Origin: Bacilli bacterium
GTDB lineage: Bacteria; Bacillota_I; Bacilli_A; RF39; UBA660
Assembly (NCBI GenBank): GCA_017515795.1
Contig: JAFWEE010000006.1
Location: 20 to 64,019 of the forward strand
Direction of reading: 5' to 3'
DNA: 64,000 bases
The notes beneath the pieces are model-generated. The model worked only from the letters and a program-made list of their open reading frames with translations. It searched no databases and was not told the DNA's origin. Both the position numbers and the translations under genes were made by a program. Shown in pieces: positions 45,863 through 55,186 of the stretch. Every line of letters begins with the position of its first letter. The stretch's first letter is position 1.

Positions 45863-48800
45863 TTAATCACCTTCTCCTGTATTAGTAGTGCCTCCGACAT
45901 CATCATCTGTAGCTCCGAAGCCTCCAGATTCATTATCTCCAACACCCATAGAAACATCTCCTGGATTAAATGGAACTACATCATCACCCATTAATGAAGG
46001 TAATTGAGCGGCTACTATATTTACATATGTACCACCTTTATTAGTATCTATATCAAGTACTAAATTAAAGTAGTGTTTTTCTCCAGGTAATAATAATATG
46101 TTTTGTAATCCTTTATAATATAGAATATTATCCATTAATACCCAATCACCATTTTCTTCAAGTGTATTATCAAATGTTGCTCCTTCAGGCATTAAATCCA
46201 TTATTACACCAATATATCCTGGGAAATATTTAGTATTAGAAATATCAAAACTATAAGTAACTCTAAACTTAGTATTTTTTAAGTTTTTAATATCTATATT
46301 TACTTTTGTAGCTTTATCATATTCATATGTCTTAGTTCCTTGATTAGATGTTTGAACTATTTTTGTAATATATTTATTAATTTCAACAGCAAATTCTTTT
46401 CTAATTCTAAGGCCTAAATTAATATATCTTTCATTTGCGGAAGAACTTTCAGATAAAGTAATAATATCTGATACTGCAGCATCATCAACTCCATTTAAAG
46501 CTACTGCTTTGGAGTTAATAGCATTCGCATTAGTAACTCCTGTTGCTTCTCCACCATATTTATCTGATGGTGTATATTTAGCTCCATCATATCTATATAA
46601 AACATAATAATAACCAGCTTTTAATCCTGCAAATGAATATGCTCCAGTTGATGATGTAGATTTAGTTGCAATTAACTCGTCTACTTCTGGATTAACATAA
46701 GCATTTGGATTCTTACTATCAGATTCATTAGTATATTCACTATTATTTAATTTATATAATTCAACAACTATATCTTGTAATTGGTCTTCTCCACCTTCAT
46801 ACATATTACTATAGTTATAATCTTCAAATACAAATCCTGATATTTTTCTACTATAAACTTCTACTAAAGACTTAGATGATTGATAGTATAATTTTGCACT
46901 AGGAGTTGTACTACAATCTTCAGGATCACCAACACATGCTTCAATATAATTATCTGGTCTATTAACAGTTACAGTAAATCCATTATAATAAGCATCAGCT
47001 TGTTCATTATTAATAGGAGTTACACTAACTACTACACCATTCTCATTTAAGAAATATGTATCAATATTCCAATTATCATTTTTAACTATCTTAATAGCAG
47101 TTGCTCCTTCTAATTCATCAGATGGATTATTCCAAGGTTTCCATACTGTTGTAGTATCTGAATTAGTACTATTATAAATATCACTAGATACATTCTTACC
47201 ATCATCTGTTGTATAGTATGCTGTATATCCAGCATTTAATGCACTTAATAATTTAATTTTAAACTTACTATTAGTAAATGTCTTATCATAAATCCTGTAA
47301 TTAGAATCTTCTATATAAGGAAGAACATAATATAATGCAGCTCCACTATAAGAATAACCTGTTCCTTCACCTATACTTGAGTTATTATATGATTTCATAG
47401 TAAATACATAAGGTGAATTTGTTTCTATATATCTGTGATCAACATTACTATAAGTTGTAATTGATGATCCATTATATAGAGTTACTATATTTGAATTATA
47501 TTTATAAGCATCATCTCTTGGATCACTTAATCTTATAATATTTGTTCCATCAATTTTACTTCCTTCAAAATCTACAGTTACTATAATACCAGTTTGAGTA
47601 CCAGATTTAGTATCTAAATAAATATCTGTAAATATTGATAAAGTATTTATCATATTATTATTTATTTCATTTTGATTAAATACATATGTGTAAGTATCAT
47701 ATGATGAACCTTCTACTTTAGTACCAGTTTTATTAACTCTTTTACCATCTACCATAGTTTCAGCATATAAATAATTTAATTTTTTTGGAATAGCTACAAC
47801 TACAGTTGCTTTATCAAATACAATTGAATCATCTGATGTAGTAGCATTAGCATCAATTCTCCATTCAATTGGATAATCATAGAATACAGTTCTTTCAATA
47901 TCATTATGATATGCATGGACTTCTGGTTGATTAACTGTATATGCTATTACATGAATTGTATTACCATTGATAGCACATTTTGCTGCATGACATAGATTTG
48001 AATAATCTCTAGATATTAATTTATTATTAAAATCATATACTGTTTTAATATAACTATCTTTATTCTTAGCAGCACTAACATTATTATCATTAATAGCACT
48101 AGACATATAGAATTTATTACCATTAAATGTTCCTACTGAAGAAGAAACAACTTGATGTGATGTATTTCTTAATGAAGCATTATTTCTTACAGTAGCATTT
48201 AATGTAACAGTAGCTATTGTACCTTCATTAAAGTTTAATGTTTCATCTGAAGCATCGCCAAATACTGTATCAACAATTATTAAAGGCAATGTAGTATTCT
48301 CATCTTCGTTCCATTTAACAGTGTTCTTTGCTCTTAAACATGGCCCACCAAATAGATTCATAAGATTTTCTTTTGTTAAACTACTTATATTAGTAGGACA
48401 ACCAGATTCTCCAGTTAATTCAAAATAATTTGAATTCCATTCACCATAACCATATCTCATAATAGCAGTTGGTTCTGATACTGAATTACCTTCTCTACTT
48501 ACTATAAATGCATCTGAATCAATTTTAATATAGTTATGTAATTCATCTAATGTATCTCCAACACCATTAGTAGCATATTCAACTTGCTCAACTATAGCAA
48601 ATTGTTCACCATAATTTAAGAATACATTCCCAGCAGTTTCATAGCCTTCAGCTTGACCTTTAACTATATCAACACTTGCATTGAAGGCTCCTACCATTTT
48701 ATGAGCATAATCTGTAACAACTATTTCATCACCAGTTTGTTTAACTAATGTATCATTAGCTTTTAAATTAGAAACTGTAACAGTAATACTACTATCAGTA

Positions 48801-49900
48801 GTAGCACTATCTCTTACACTATTAATTTCAAATGCAGCAGTACCAATAACTGAACTACCAGCTTTTAAATTACCTACAGTTATTACTCCACTATCATATG
48901 ATACAACGTTAGGAATATCTACAAGTTCACCTGTAGCTTCAGTATAATAAATTGCATAATTCTTATTAGGGTCTTTATAATTAACAAATGAATCAGCAAC
49001 ATATGATACTGTAATATCTGTATCAGTAGTAGCATAAGCAACATCAAATGATACAGTATTTGGAATATATATACCTAATCCATTTCTTGGTATCTTTATT
49101 TCAATACCTATTGGATAATTCTTATTTAAATTTGTATTAGTAGAATTAAAATATACACCTTGGTATAAAGTTACATCATAATCATAAATACCAGTAAATG
49201 TAGTCGAACACTCAATTGTATTTGGATCACAAGCAACTCTATTATTAGTTAAATTACTTATAAATGATTCTTTTTCTGAATCACTCATTTCAGAGATTGC
49301 TTTATAATTCTCATCAGTAGCTTCTTTAATTAAAATAATAGGAGTAAATGATGCATCAACTACTTTTGTATTAGCGTTATATAAAATAAAATCAAAAATA
49401 TTTGGTTCACTTGATGTAGTAGTAACGTTATCTAAAACAAATTCATAATAGTCATTATTAGCATCTAATGCTACTGGACTAATAAATTCATCACTTTGAG
49501 AATTACTACTTCCAAGACTTGCTTTAATTGTATTTGGAAGTATTACGTCTACTATTACATTTCTTCCTTCAACTTGAGTTACTTCAGGATCAGCTTCTTT
49601 TAATTCTAGATTATAAGATGCTCTATAAGTAATACTATCAAAATTTCTTACTATACCATTATCTCCAGCAGAATCCTTACCATTTCCAGTAGTAGAATCA
49701 AATTCATATAAACCACCATCTTCAATAGATGTTATAGCAGCATTCTTAACTACTAACTTATTTGCAAATTCATCATCATTAGCTAAAACATTAAATAATA
49801 TTAATGATGTAGCAATTCCAATAGCAACAAAAAACGATATAAACTTATGTTTATATACTAATTCTATTGTTTTCCATAAACCACTTTTAACTTTTTTCAT
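45863..49900 (-). CDS. very large secreted/surface protein (1345 aa) with SdrD-B/Cna-B-like and DUF11-like beta-sandwich domains
   Basis: N-terminal signal anchor FISFFVAIGIATSLILFNVLA. SdrD-B-like segment ISGFVFEDYNYS...STGAYSFAGLKAGYYYVLY. Gly/Asp-rich C-terminal tail. No C-terminal TM or LPxTG. Confidence 0.75.
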   Translation of the reverse strand: MKKVKSGLWKTIELVYKHKFISFFVAIGIATSLILFNVLANDDEFANKLVVKNAAITSIEDGGLYEFDSTTGNGKDSAGDNGIVRNFDSITYRASYNLELKEADPEVTQVEGRNVIVDVILPNTIKASLGSSNSQSDEFISPVALDANNDYYEFVLDNVTTTSSEPNIFDFILYNANTKVVDASFTPIILIKEATDENYKAISEMSDSEKESFISNLTNNRVACDPNTIECSTTFTGIYDYDVTLYQGVYFNSTNTNLNKNYPIGIEIKIPRNGLGIYIPNTVSFDVAYATTDTDITVSYVADSFVNYKDPNKNYAIYYTEATGELVDIPNVVSYDSGVITVGNLKAGSSVIGTAAFEINSVRDSATTDSSITVTVSNLKANDTLVKQTGDEIVVTDYAHKMVGAFNASVDIVKGQAEGYETAGNVFLNYGEQFAIVEQVEYATNGVGDTLDELHNYIKIDSDAFIVSREGNSVSEPTAIMRYGYGEWNSNYFELTGESGCPTNISSLTKENLMNLFGGPCLRAKNTVKWNEDENTTLPLIIVDTVFGDASDETLNFNEGTIATVTLNATVRNNASLRNTSHQVVSSSVGTFNGNKFYMSSAINDNNVSAAKNKDSYIKTVYDFNNKLISRDYSNLCHAAKCAINGNTIHVIAYTVNQPEVHAYHNDIERTVFYDYPIEWRIDANATTSDDSIVFDKATVVVAIPKKLNYLYAETMVDGKRVNKTGTKVEGSSYDTYTYVFNQNEINNNMINTLSIFTDIYLDTKSGTQTGIIVTVDFEGSKIDGTNIIRLSDPRDDAYKYNSNIVTLYNGSSITTYSNVDHRYIETNSPYVFTMKSYNNSSIGEGTGYSYSGAALYYVLPYIEDSNYRIYDKTFTNSKFKIKLLSALNAGYTAYYTTDDGKNVSSDIYNSTNSDTTTVWKPWNNPSDELEGATAIKIVKNDNWNIDTYFLNENGVVVSVTPINNEQADAYYNGFTVTVNRPDNYIEACVGDPEDCSTTPSAKLYYQSSKSLVEVYSRKISGFVFEDYNYSNMYEGGEDQLQDIVVELYKLNNSEYTNESDSKNPNAYVNPEVDELIATKSTSSTGAYSFAGLKAGYYYVLYRYDGAKYTPSDKYGGEATGVTNANAINSKAVALNGVDDAAVSDIITLSESSSANERYINLGLRIRKEFAVEINKYITKIVQTSNQGTKTYEYDKATKVNIDIKNLKNTKFRVTYSFDISNTKYFPGYIGVIMDLMPEGATFDNTLEENGDWVLMDNILYYKGLQNILLLPGEKHYFNLVLDIDTNKGGTYVNIVAAQLPSLMGDDVVPFNPGDVSMGVGDNESGGFGATDDDVGGTTNTGEGD

Positions 49901-49964
49901 ATGGGCACACTCCTAGTATCATATTCTATATATAATTAAACCATTTTTTATGAAAATATGCAAT

Positions 49965-49990
49965 AAAAAAGAGGATATTAATCCTCAATT
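49965..49990 (-). terminator. hairpin terminator of rmuC
   Basis: Stem gaggat / atcctc with loop atta containing the rmuC stop at 49978-49980. A T-run follows on the minus strand. Confidence 0.45.
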
Positions 49991-51039
49991 TTTTCTATTT
50001 CAACTCCATTAATACTATCAAATCTCTTTGATATTTTATCTGTAGTTATATGAATATCCTCAACATCTCTTGATACTGTTTCAATACTTCTAGATAGTTT
50101 ATCCCATCTTTCTTTATATCTACCAAACTCTATAGATAGTTTTGTAAGTTCAGATTGAATAACTTTAGCATACTTATCTCTTTCACTATTTTTAATAATT
50201 ACTTCTATCGTAGTTAGAGTACTCATTAAAGTAGTTGGAGAGGTAATCCATACTCTCTTTTTATAAGCATATTCAATTATGTCTGTATGATAAGCATTTA
50301 GTTCTGCAAATATAGCTTCAGCAGGTAAAAACATAATTGCTTGATCTGATGTAACACCTGGTATTATATATTTACTAGCAATAGCATCTATATGCTTTTT
50401 AACATCTGATTTAAATAATTTAGCAGCTGTTTCTCTAGATGCTTTATCAAAGTTCTTATCTACCATAATTCTATAGTTTTCTAAAGGAAACTTAGAGTCT
50501 ATTGCTACCAAACCAAGAGGCTCTGGAGCAAATACTACAGCATCAGCGATAGTGTTATTATCAAAAGAGAATTGTGTTTGATATACTTTATCATTTTTAT
50601 CTCCAAATACAGAAGATAATATATGATTTAGATTAACTTCGCCGTAAATACCTCTACTCTTTTTATCAGTCAAAATTCCTTGAAGAGATACTATATCAGA
50701 TGATAAACTATCTATTTTCTTTTGAGCTTCATCAATCTTACCAAGTCTTTCTAATACACTATTAAATGTTTTATTAGTCTTTTCAAAATTAACATCTATT
50801 CTTTCATTTACTTTAGTATCTATCTGATTTAATCTATTTTCTATTCTTTCATTCATCTTAGTAAAATCTTCATTAAAATTTCTATTAATATCAGATTTAA
50901 AATCTCCTAGTTCCTTAGTTAAATTAACATGCATATCATTTACTTTATCAGTTATTCTACCTTCATTTATATTCTTAAATAAAGATATTACCGTTAATAT
51001 AACTACTAAAACTAATAAACCTATTATTATATATTCCAT
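49978..51039 (-). CDS. rmuC: DNA recombination protein RmuC
   Basis: N-terminal TM, long coiled coil, and a C-terminal RmuC nuclease-like region (MFLPAEAIFAE...VWITSPTTLMSTL). Confidence 0.8.
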   Translation of the reverse strand: MEYIIIGLLVLVVILTVISLFKNINEGRITDKVNDMHVNLTKELGDFKSDINRNFNEDFTKMNERIENRLNQIDTKVNERIDVNFEKTNKTFNSVLERLGKIDEAQKKIDSLSSDIVSLQGILTDKKSRGIYGEVNLNHILSSVFGDKNDKVYQTQFSFDNNTIADAVVFAPEPLGLVAIDSKFPLENYRIMVDKNFDKASRETAAKLFKSDVKKHIDAIASKYIIPGVTSDQAIMFLPAEAIFAELNAYHTDIIEYAYKKRVWITSPTTLMSTLTTIEVIIKNSERDKYAKVIQSELTKLSIEFGRYKERWDKLSRSIETVSRDVEDIHITTDKISKRFDSINGVEIEKIED

Positions 51040-51040
51040 G

Positions 51041-51616
51041 TTATACCTCCCATTTAAATATCTTAGTTAATACTTTACTTATAACATAAGTAAAAACTAG
51101 CATTCCAATAATTATTAATATTGTTTTATAATCAGTTACACTATCCATAAAACTCTTTCCTATAATACACCAGAATAGTACTAAAGGAACCTTACCAAAG
51201 CATATTCCAATAATAAACTTTTTGGTATCTACTCGAGAAAGACCTGCTGCTATATTTATTAAATATGCAGGAAAGAATGGTAGTGCAGTTACAGTAGCTA
51301 AAGATGGTATAGTAATATTATTCATCTTGCCTTTAATCTTTTTTATTCTTTCTCTTTCATTAAATTTCTTAAATTTACTATCAAATTTTTTAAATAATAT
51401 AAAAGAAATTATACATCCAATAATAGTCCCTATATAAGATATTATAGTTCCTAGTATTAAACCATATGCATGAACATTAAACGCCATATAAACACCTAAT
51501 GGGACTGCTATAGGATATATAGAATTAATTATAATTATTAATAATCCTCCAAGAGGACCAAATTTAGAAAAATAATCTGTTATTATTTGTATAAAGTTTG
51601 AAAATTTTGTAATCAT
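51041..51616 (-). CDS. TVP38/TMEM64 (DedA-related) family membrane protein
   Basis: About 5 TM helices with an FPAYLINIAAGLS-type motif. Lies 1 nt upstream of rmuC. Confidence 0.65.
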   Translation of the reverse strand: MITKFSNFIQIITDYFSKFGPLGGLLIIIINSIYPIAVPLGVYMAFNVHAYGLILGTIISYIGTIIGCIISFILFKKFDSKFKKFNERERIKKIKGKMNNITIPSLATVTALPFFPAYLINIAAGLSRVDTKKFIIGICFGKVPLVLFWCIIGKSFMDSVTDYKTILIIIGMLVFTYVISKVLTKIFKWEV

Positions 51617-51675
51617 AATAATGTCCTCTATTCATAGGAATATTATAACATAAAAAAACAGGTTTTAACCTGTTT

Positions 51676-52071
51676 TTATTGAATATCTATTTGTTTTCTA
51701 TTAGATTCAATTTCTTTCTTAGAAGCTTCTATTTTAAGAACACCATTATTAAAGTTTGCTTTAATAGATGATTCATCTATATCTCCTAAATAGAATGCTC
51801 TTTGTACTCTAGAAGATGAATGTCTTTCTCTTCTTAGATATTTTTTATTATCATTATCTTTGAAGTCTTCATTCTTTTCAGCAGTAATAATAATAGATCC
51901 ATCTTCAGTTTCTATTTTAATATCTTCTTTATTAAAACCATATACTGAAGCTTCTACTACATACTTACCATCCTCTTCATAGATATCACAATCCATTCTT
52001 TCTTTTGGTGGATGCATTCTAGGAGCATCTAAATCAAAAATATCATCAAAAAATCTATCTGGTAACATCAT
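51676..52071 (-). CDS. Hsp20/alpha-crystallin small heat-shock protein
   Basis: Alpha-crystallin domain: DIYEEDGKYVVEASVYGFNKEDIKIE...ERHSSSRVQRAFYL...I.ANFNNGVLKI. Confidence 0.88.
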   Translation of the reverse strand: MMLPDRFFDDIFDLDAPRMHPPKERMDCDIYEEDGKYVVEASVYGFNKEDIKIETEDGSIIITAEKNEDFKDNDNKKYLRRERHSSSRVQRAFYLGDIDESSIKANFNNGVLKIEASKKEIESNRKQIDIQ

Positions 52072-52125
52072 ATAACATCTCTCCTTTCGTTACACGGATA
52101 ATATAATTATTACCTCCATGATTAA

Positions 52126-52154
52126 AGTATAGCACTATAATTAGCACTTGTCAA
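52126..52154 (-). promoter_or_regulatory. sigma-A promoter of hsp20
   Basis: Minus strand: TTGACA (52154-52149), 17 nt, TATACT (52131-52126). SD AAAGGAGAG lies 7 nt before ATG 52071. Confidence 0.65.
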
Positions 52155-52167
52155 TAGAGAGTGCTAA
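52141..52167 (-). promoter_or_regulatory. CIRCE operator (HrcA binding site) overlapping the hsp20 -35 box
   Basis: Minus strand TTAGCACTC-TCTATTGAC-AAGTGCTAA against consensus TTAGCACTC-N9-GAGTGCTAA (1 mismatch). The spacer contains the -35 TTGACA. It also covers the TAG stop (52164-52166) of the upstream gene. Confidence 0.8.
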
Positions 52168-53228
52168 TTTGTTATATTTAATTTACCTATAATCTTAATA
52201 AGATCTAATGTCATATTTTTTACTAAAGGATCAACATCCTTAACAGATTTTAAAACATCTAATATAAGTCTTTTGTTACTAATAAAATCTATTAAAGTAA
52301 TAACTCCATTCTTCTTTAATACTTGTCCTAAACTATTAACAAATTCTCTTTTAGAATCATTATCATATTTATCTATCCAAGTATTAACTCCTTCATCTAT
52401 TACTTTACTAAATTTACTAATTTCTCTTGTTTTAAAATGATCATAATCTATTTTCCAATTAGTTATTAAATGAGATACACCTGGTTTTTTATCAGAATCT
52501 ACACTTAAGTAATACATATCATGATATAAAAGCATTCCTACAATAGAATTATATGGAACTATATGAATATACTTCTTTAATAAATCATTATATCTTTTTA
52601 AATTTGTTTCTTCTTTTCTTAAACCTTGTCCATCATTACTATATATATTTATTATTCTTTTATATATACTTTTTTTGCATCCTAAAGCAGATACTAATGC
52701 TAGATTACCACCTTTAGAATGACCACCCACAATAATTCTTTTATAGGTATGTTTAAAATATTTATTCAAGTAATTAATAGCATAACTATGTGCTAAAACA
52801 GGATATTCATAAGACATTTTTGCATTTTCTATCCATCCACTTATTACTTTATCTGTTCCCTCAAAAGATACATAAACTAGCCTCTTGTTAATTTCAAATG
52901 TTAAACAAGAAAACTGACATTTATCGGTTATATTATTCTTGTAATTATATAATAGTATATCTTTAAATCTATCTGTATCTTTAGCAGCTATTAAAAGTTT
53001 TAATGATTCTTTAACAGTAATAATATCATTAGTAATAATATTACCTTTAAAATCTAAATATGCTTTAGCAGCATCTTTTAATCTAATTTTATGTTTATTA
53101 TCATTTGATACAATTCCATTAAAATCTACATAAGCAAGTTCTGAAAATATAGCATTATCTATTTCGTTAAATGGTTTATCATCAAATGTATATTTTCCGT
53201 AATAATTTAAATAATCAAATATATTCAT
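52164..53228 (-). CDS. Mbeg1-like (DUF2974) alpha/beta-hydrolase, lipase-like
   Basis: Nucleophile elbow IVGGHSKGGNLA in a 354-aa protein. Confidence 0.65.
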   Translation of the reverse strand: MNIFDYLNYYGKYTFDDKPFNEIDNAIFSELAYVDFNGIVSNDNKHKIRLKDAAKAYLDFKGNIITNDIITVKESLKLLIAAKDTDRFKDILLYNYKNNITDKCQFSCLTFEINKRLVYVSFEGTDKVISGWIENAKMSYEYPVLAHSYAINYLNKYFKHTYKRIIVGGHSKGGNLALVSALGCKKSIYKRIINIYSNDGQGLRKEETNLKRYNDLLKKYIHIVPYNSIVGMLLYHDMYYLSVDSDKKPGVSHLITNWKIDYDHFKTREISKFSKVIDEGVNTWIDKYDNDSKREFVNSLGQVLKKNGVITLIDFISNKRLILDVLKSVKDVDPLVKNMTLDLIKIIGKLNITN

Positions 53229-53236
53229 AATATCAC

Positions 53237-53917
53237 CTATTTCTTATCTATATAACTGCCTAAATAATCAATAAGTTTTTTTGTTTGAGTAAATGGAAAT
53301 AAAAACGAATATTTTTCTTTAGCATTCTTTTGAACATCTTTTATATGTATTTTAAGTTTTTCATACATAACAGTGACATTATTCTCTTTAGCATATTTTC
53401 TAATTTTAATATATAGTTTAGTAGAATAAACAAAGTCTATTATTAGAAAACCTGATAAAATACCTATTACATAAGAAAAAGATATATTTTCATTAAACCA
53501 ATTTACTGCATACATAAGAGGATCATATAAGAAGAAATAATATATAGTTCCTATAAATAACCACATAGCAGAATAATAAGGACATATTATTCCTTTAAAG
53601 TTTAACCAGTTCTTACTATAATCCCATAATCTTACTTTTTGAGATAATGCAAATAAACCTCCAATTAACTCTATTAAAGTCATAACTATACCCATTAATA
53701 ATATAATTACCACTGGATATAAATTTAATCTTGTTAATAGTATATGAAGTATAGTTAATGATAATAAACCAAATCCATATATAGGTAAATATGGGCCAAC
53801 TAAAAAACCAGGATTAACTAATTTGCCATGAAGAATTCTTCTATAAACTAGTTCTAAAATCCAACCAACTACACTCCCTAGGAAAAAAATAAATACTGAT
53901 AATAAATATAAATTCAT
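53237..53917 (-). CDS. membrane protein of the 'putative ABC-transporter type IV' (DUF1113-like) family, paralog A
   Basis: VGWILELVYRRILHGKLVNPGFLVGPYLPIYGFG, paralogous to 59567-60127. Start at ATG 53917 with SD GGGTGG. Confidence 0.6.
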   Translation of the reverse strand: MNLYLLSVFIFFLGSVVGWILELVYRRILHGKLVNPGFLVGPYLPIYGFGLLSLTILHILLTRLNLYPVVIILLMGIVMTLIELIGGLFALSQKVRLWDYSKNWLNFKGIICPYYSAMWLFIGTIYYFFLYDPLMYAVNWFNENISFSYVIGILSGFLIIDFVYSTKLYIKIRKYAKENNVTVMYEKLKIHIKDVQKNAKEKYSFLFPFTQTKKLIDYLGSYIDKK

Positions 53918-53985
53918 ATAACCACCCATTTTATTATAATATAAAAAAAGTGTAATCACTTATGTGATTACATCTTTTTTACATA

Positions 53986-54333
53986 TTAATAATATGATGC
54001 TGTAATTAAAGCTAATACTAAGAAGAATAAGAATATTATAATAAATCCTAATAAAACTGAACTAATTATAATACCTGCTATAGCAAGACCTCTTCCTTCT
54101 TCTCCAGTTTTTTTAATTTGATTTAAACCTACAATTGAAAGTATCAAACCTGGAATAGCACTTAATACTCCAAGAAGAAGTGTTGTTAAAGATAATACAA
54201 ATCCTGTAATAGCTAAAGCATTAGTACCAGTTTTAGTTTCATTGTTTTCTACTTTTTTTACTTCTTTAACATCACATTTTGGACATTTATTATCTTCAAG
54301 CATACTTCCACATTGTCCACAAAACTTTGCCAT
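53986..54333 (-). CDS. zinc-ribbon plus DUF4190-like two-TM membrane protein
   Basis: CGQCG...CPKC ribbon followed by two hydrophobic helices with Gly-rich turns. SD AAGGAGGA. Confidence 0.6.
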   Translation of the reverse strand: MAKFCGQCGSMLEDNKCPKCDVKEVKKVENNETKTGTNALAITGFVLSLTTLLLGVLSAIPGLILSIVGLNQIKKTGEEGRGLAIAGIIISSVLLGFIIIFLFFLVLALITASYY

Positions 54334-54383
54334 AATAGTCCTCCTTAAATATATTTTATCAAATAATAATTATTACTTCAATA

Positions 54384-55184
54384 TTATCTGTAAACCAATC
54401 TTTTAGCAACCTCTTCATATCTTTCAGGAGTTATTTTCTTAAATGTATATAAACCTTTTTCTTTAGTTAACTCAAATTGAATACATTCGTCTTCTATATT
54501 TACTATCCTATGGAATACTAAATCTTTATCTACAATATCTTCAAATGGTATACTCATTAGTTGTGGAAATATATGTATAAAATATGATGCATCTGTAAAA
54601 TGTTTATTTACTTTAGTAGTATCTAATAACTCTCCTACTTCTTTAGCAGCACCATATTGAGAAGGACTCATGATTTTAGTTTCATATTCTGATCTCTTAA
54701 TAAAACGATATCCTAGATCAGGATCCATATATCTAAAATCAAAATCATATTCCTCAAGTCTTACTCCTCTTTTTTTAACATAATACATACCTGTTGGTAA
54801 TATACCTAATTTTACTCTTGGCATATCTCCATACATTGGATCTAATTTCCATCTATTGTTATAATCATCTGTTACTTCAGTATAGAAATGATTTCCAAGA
54901 GAAATAATATTAGTATGTAAATTAGTTAATTCTCTAATTAAAGGAGATATAACTTCATAAGCTCCTGAACGACATATTATAGAAAAATCATCTATATTCT
55001 CTAAATCTATTTTTCTATAAAAAATTGAGTCTTCTAATTTTTTGTCTTCTATTATATCTGCAGCAGACCATTTAGAATCAAAATGAAATAATTCACAAAA
55101 TCTTAAATAAATATATCTCATTTTTTCTAAATCAGATAAATGCTTCTCTTTTAATTCATTATCTAATGTATTAATTAAATCCAT
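54384..55184 (-). CDS. transglutaminase-like (papain-fold Cys-His-Asp) protein
   Basis: IICRSGAYEVISPLIRE...GNHFYTEV...RWKLDPMYG parallels the TGase-core pattern G-C...H-A-W-x-E...W-x-x-D-P. Starts 2 nt after the stop of the kinase-like gene, with SD GGAGGA. Confidence 0.55.
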   Translation of the reverse strand: MDLINTLDNELKEKHLSDLEKMRYIYLRFCELFHFDSKWSAADIIEDKKLEDSIFYRKIDLENIDDFSIICRSGAYEVISPLIRELTNLHTNIISLGNHFYTEVTDDYNNRWKLDPMYGDMPRVKLGILPTGMYYVKKRGVRLEEYDFDFRYMDPDLGYRFIKRSEYETKIMSPSQYGAAKEVGELLDTTKVNKHFTDASYFIHIFPQLMSIPFEDIVDKDLVFHRIVNIEDECIQFELTKEKGLYTFKKITPERYEEVAKRLVYR

Positions 55185-55186
55185 TT

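Noticed and set aside
45862-45957. N-terminal 32-aa extension of the adhesin ORF, overlapping the upstream gene by 95 nt
   Set aside because: The internal ATG 45861 is followed by a classic signal peptide (MKKKKILFALSLLLII) and preceded by the SD GGAGAAGGTG. The extension has no signal-peptide character.
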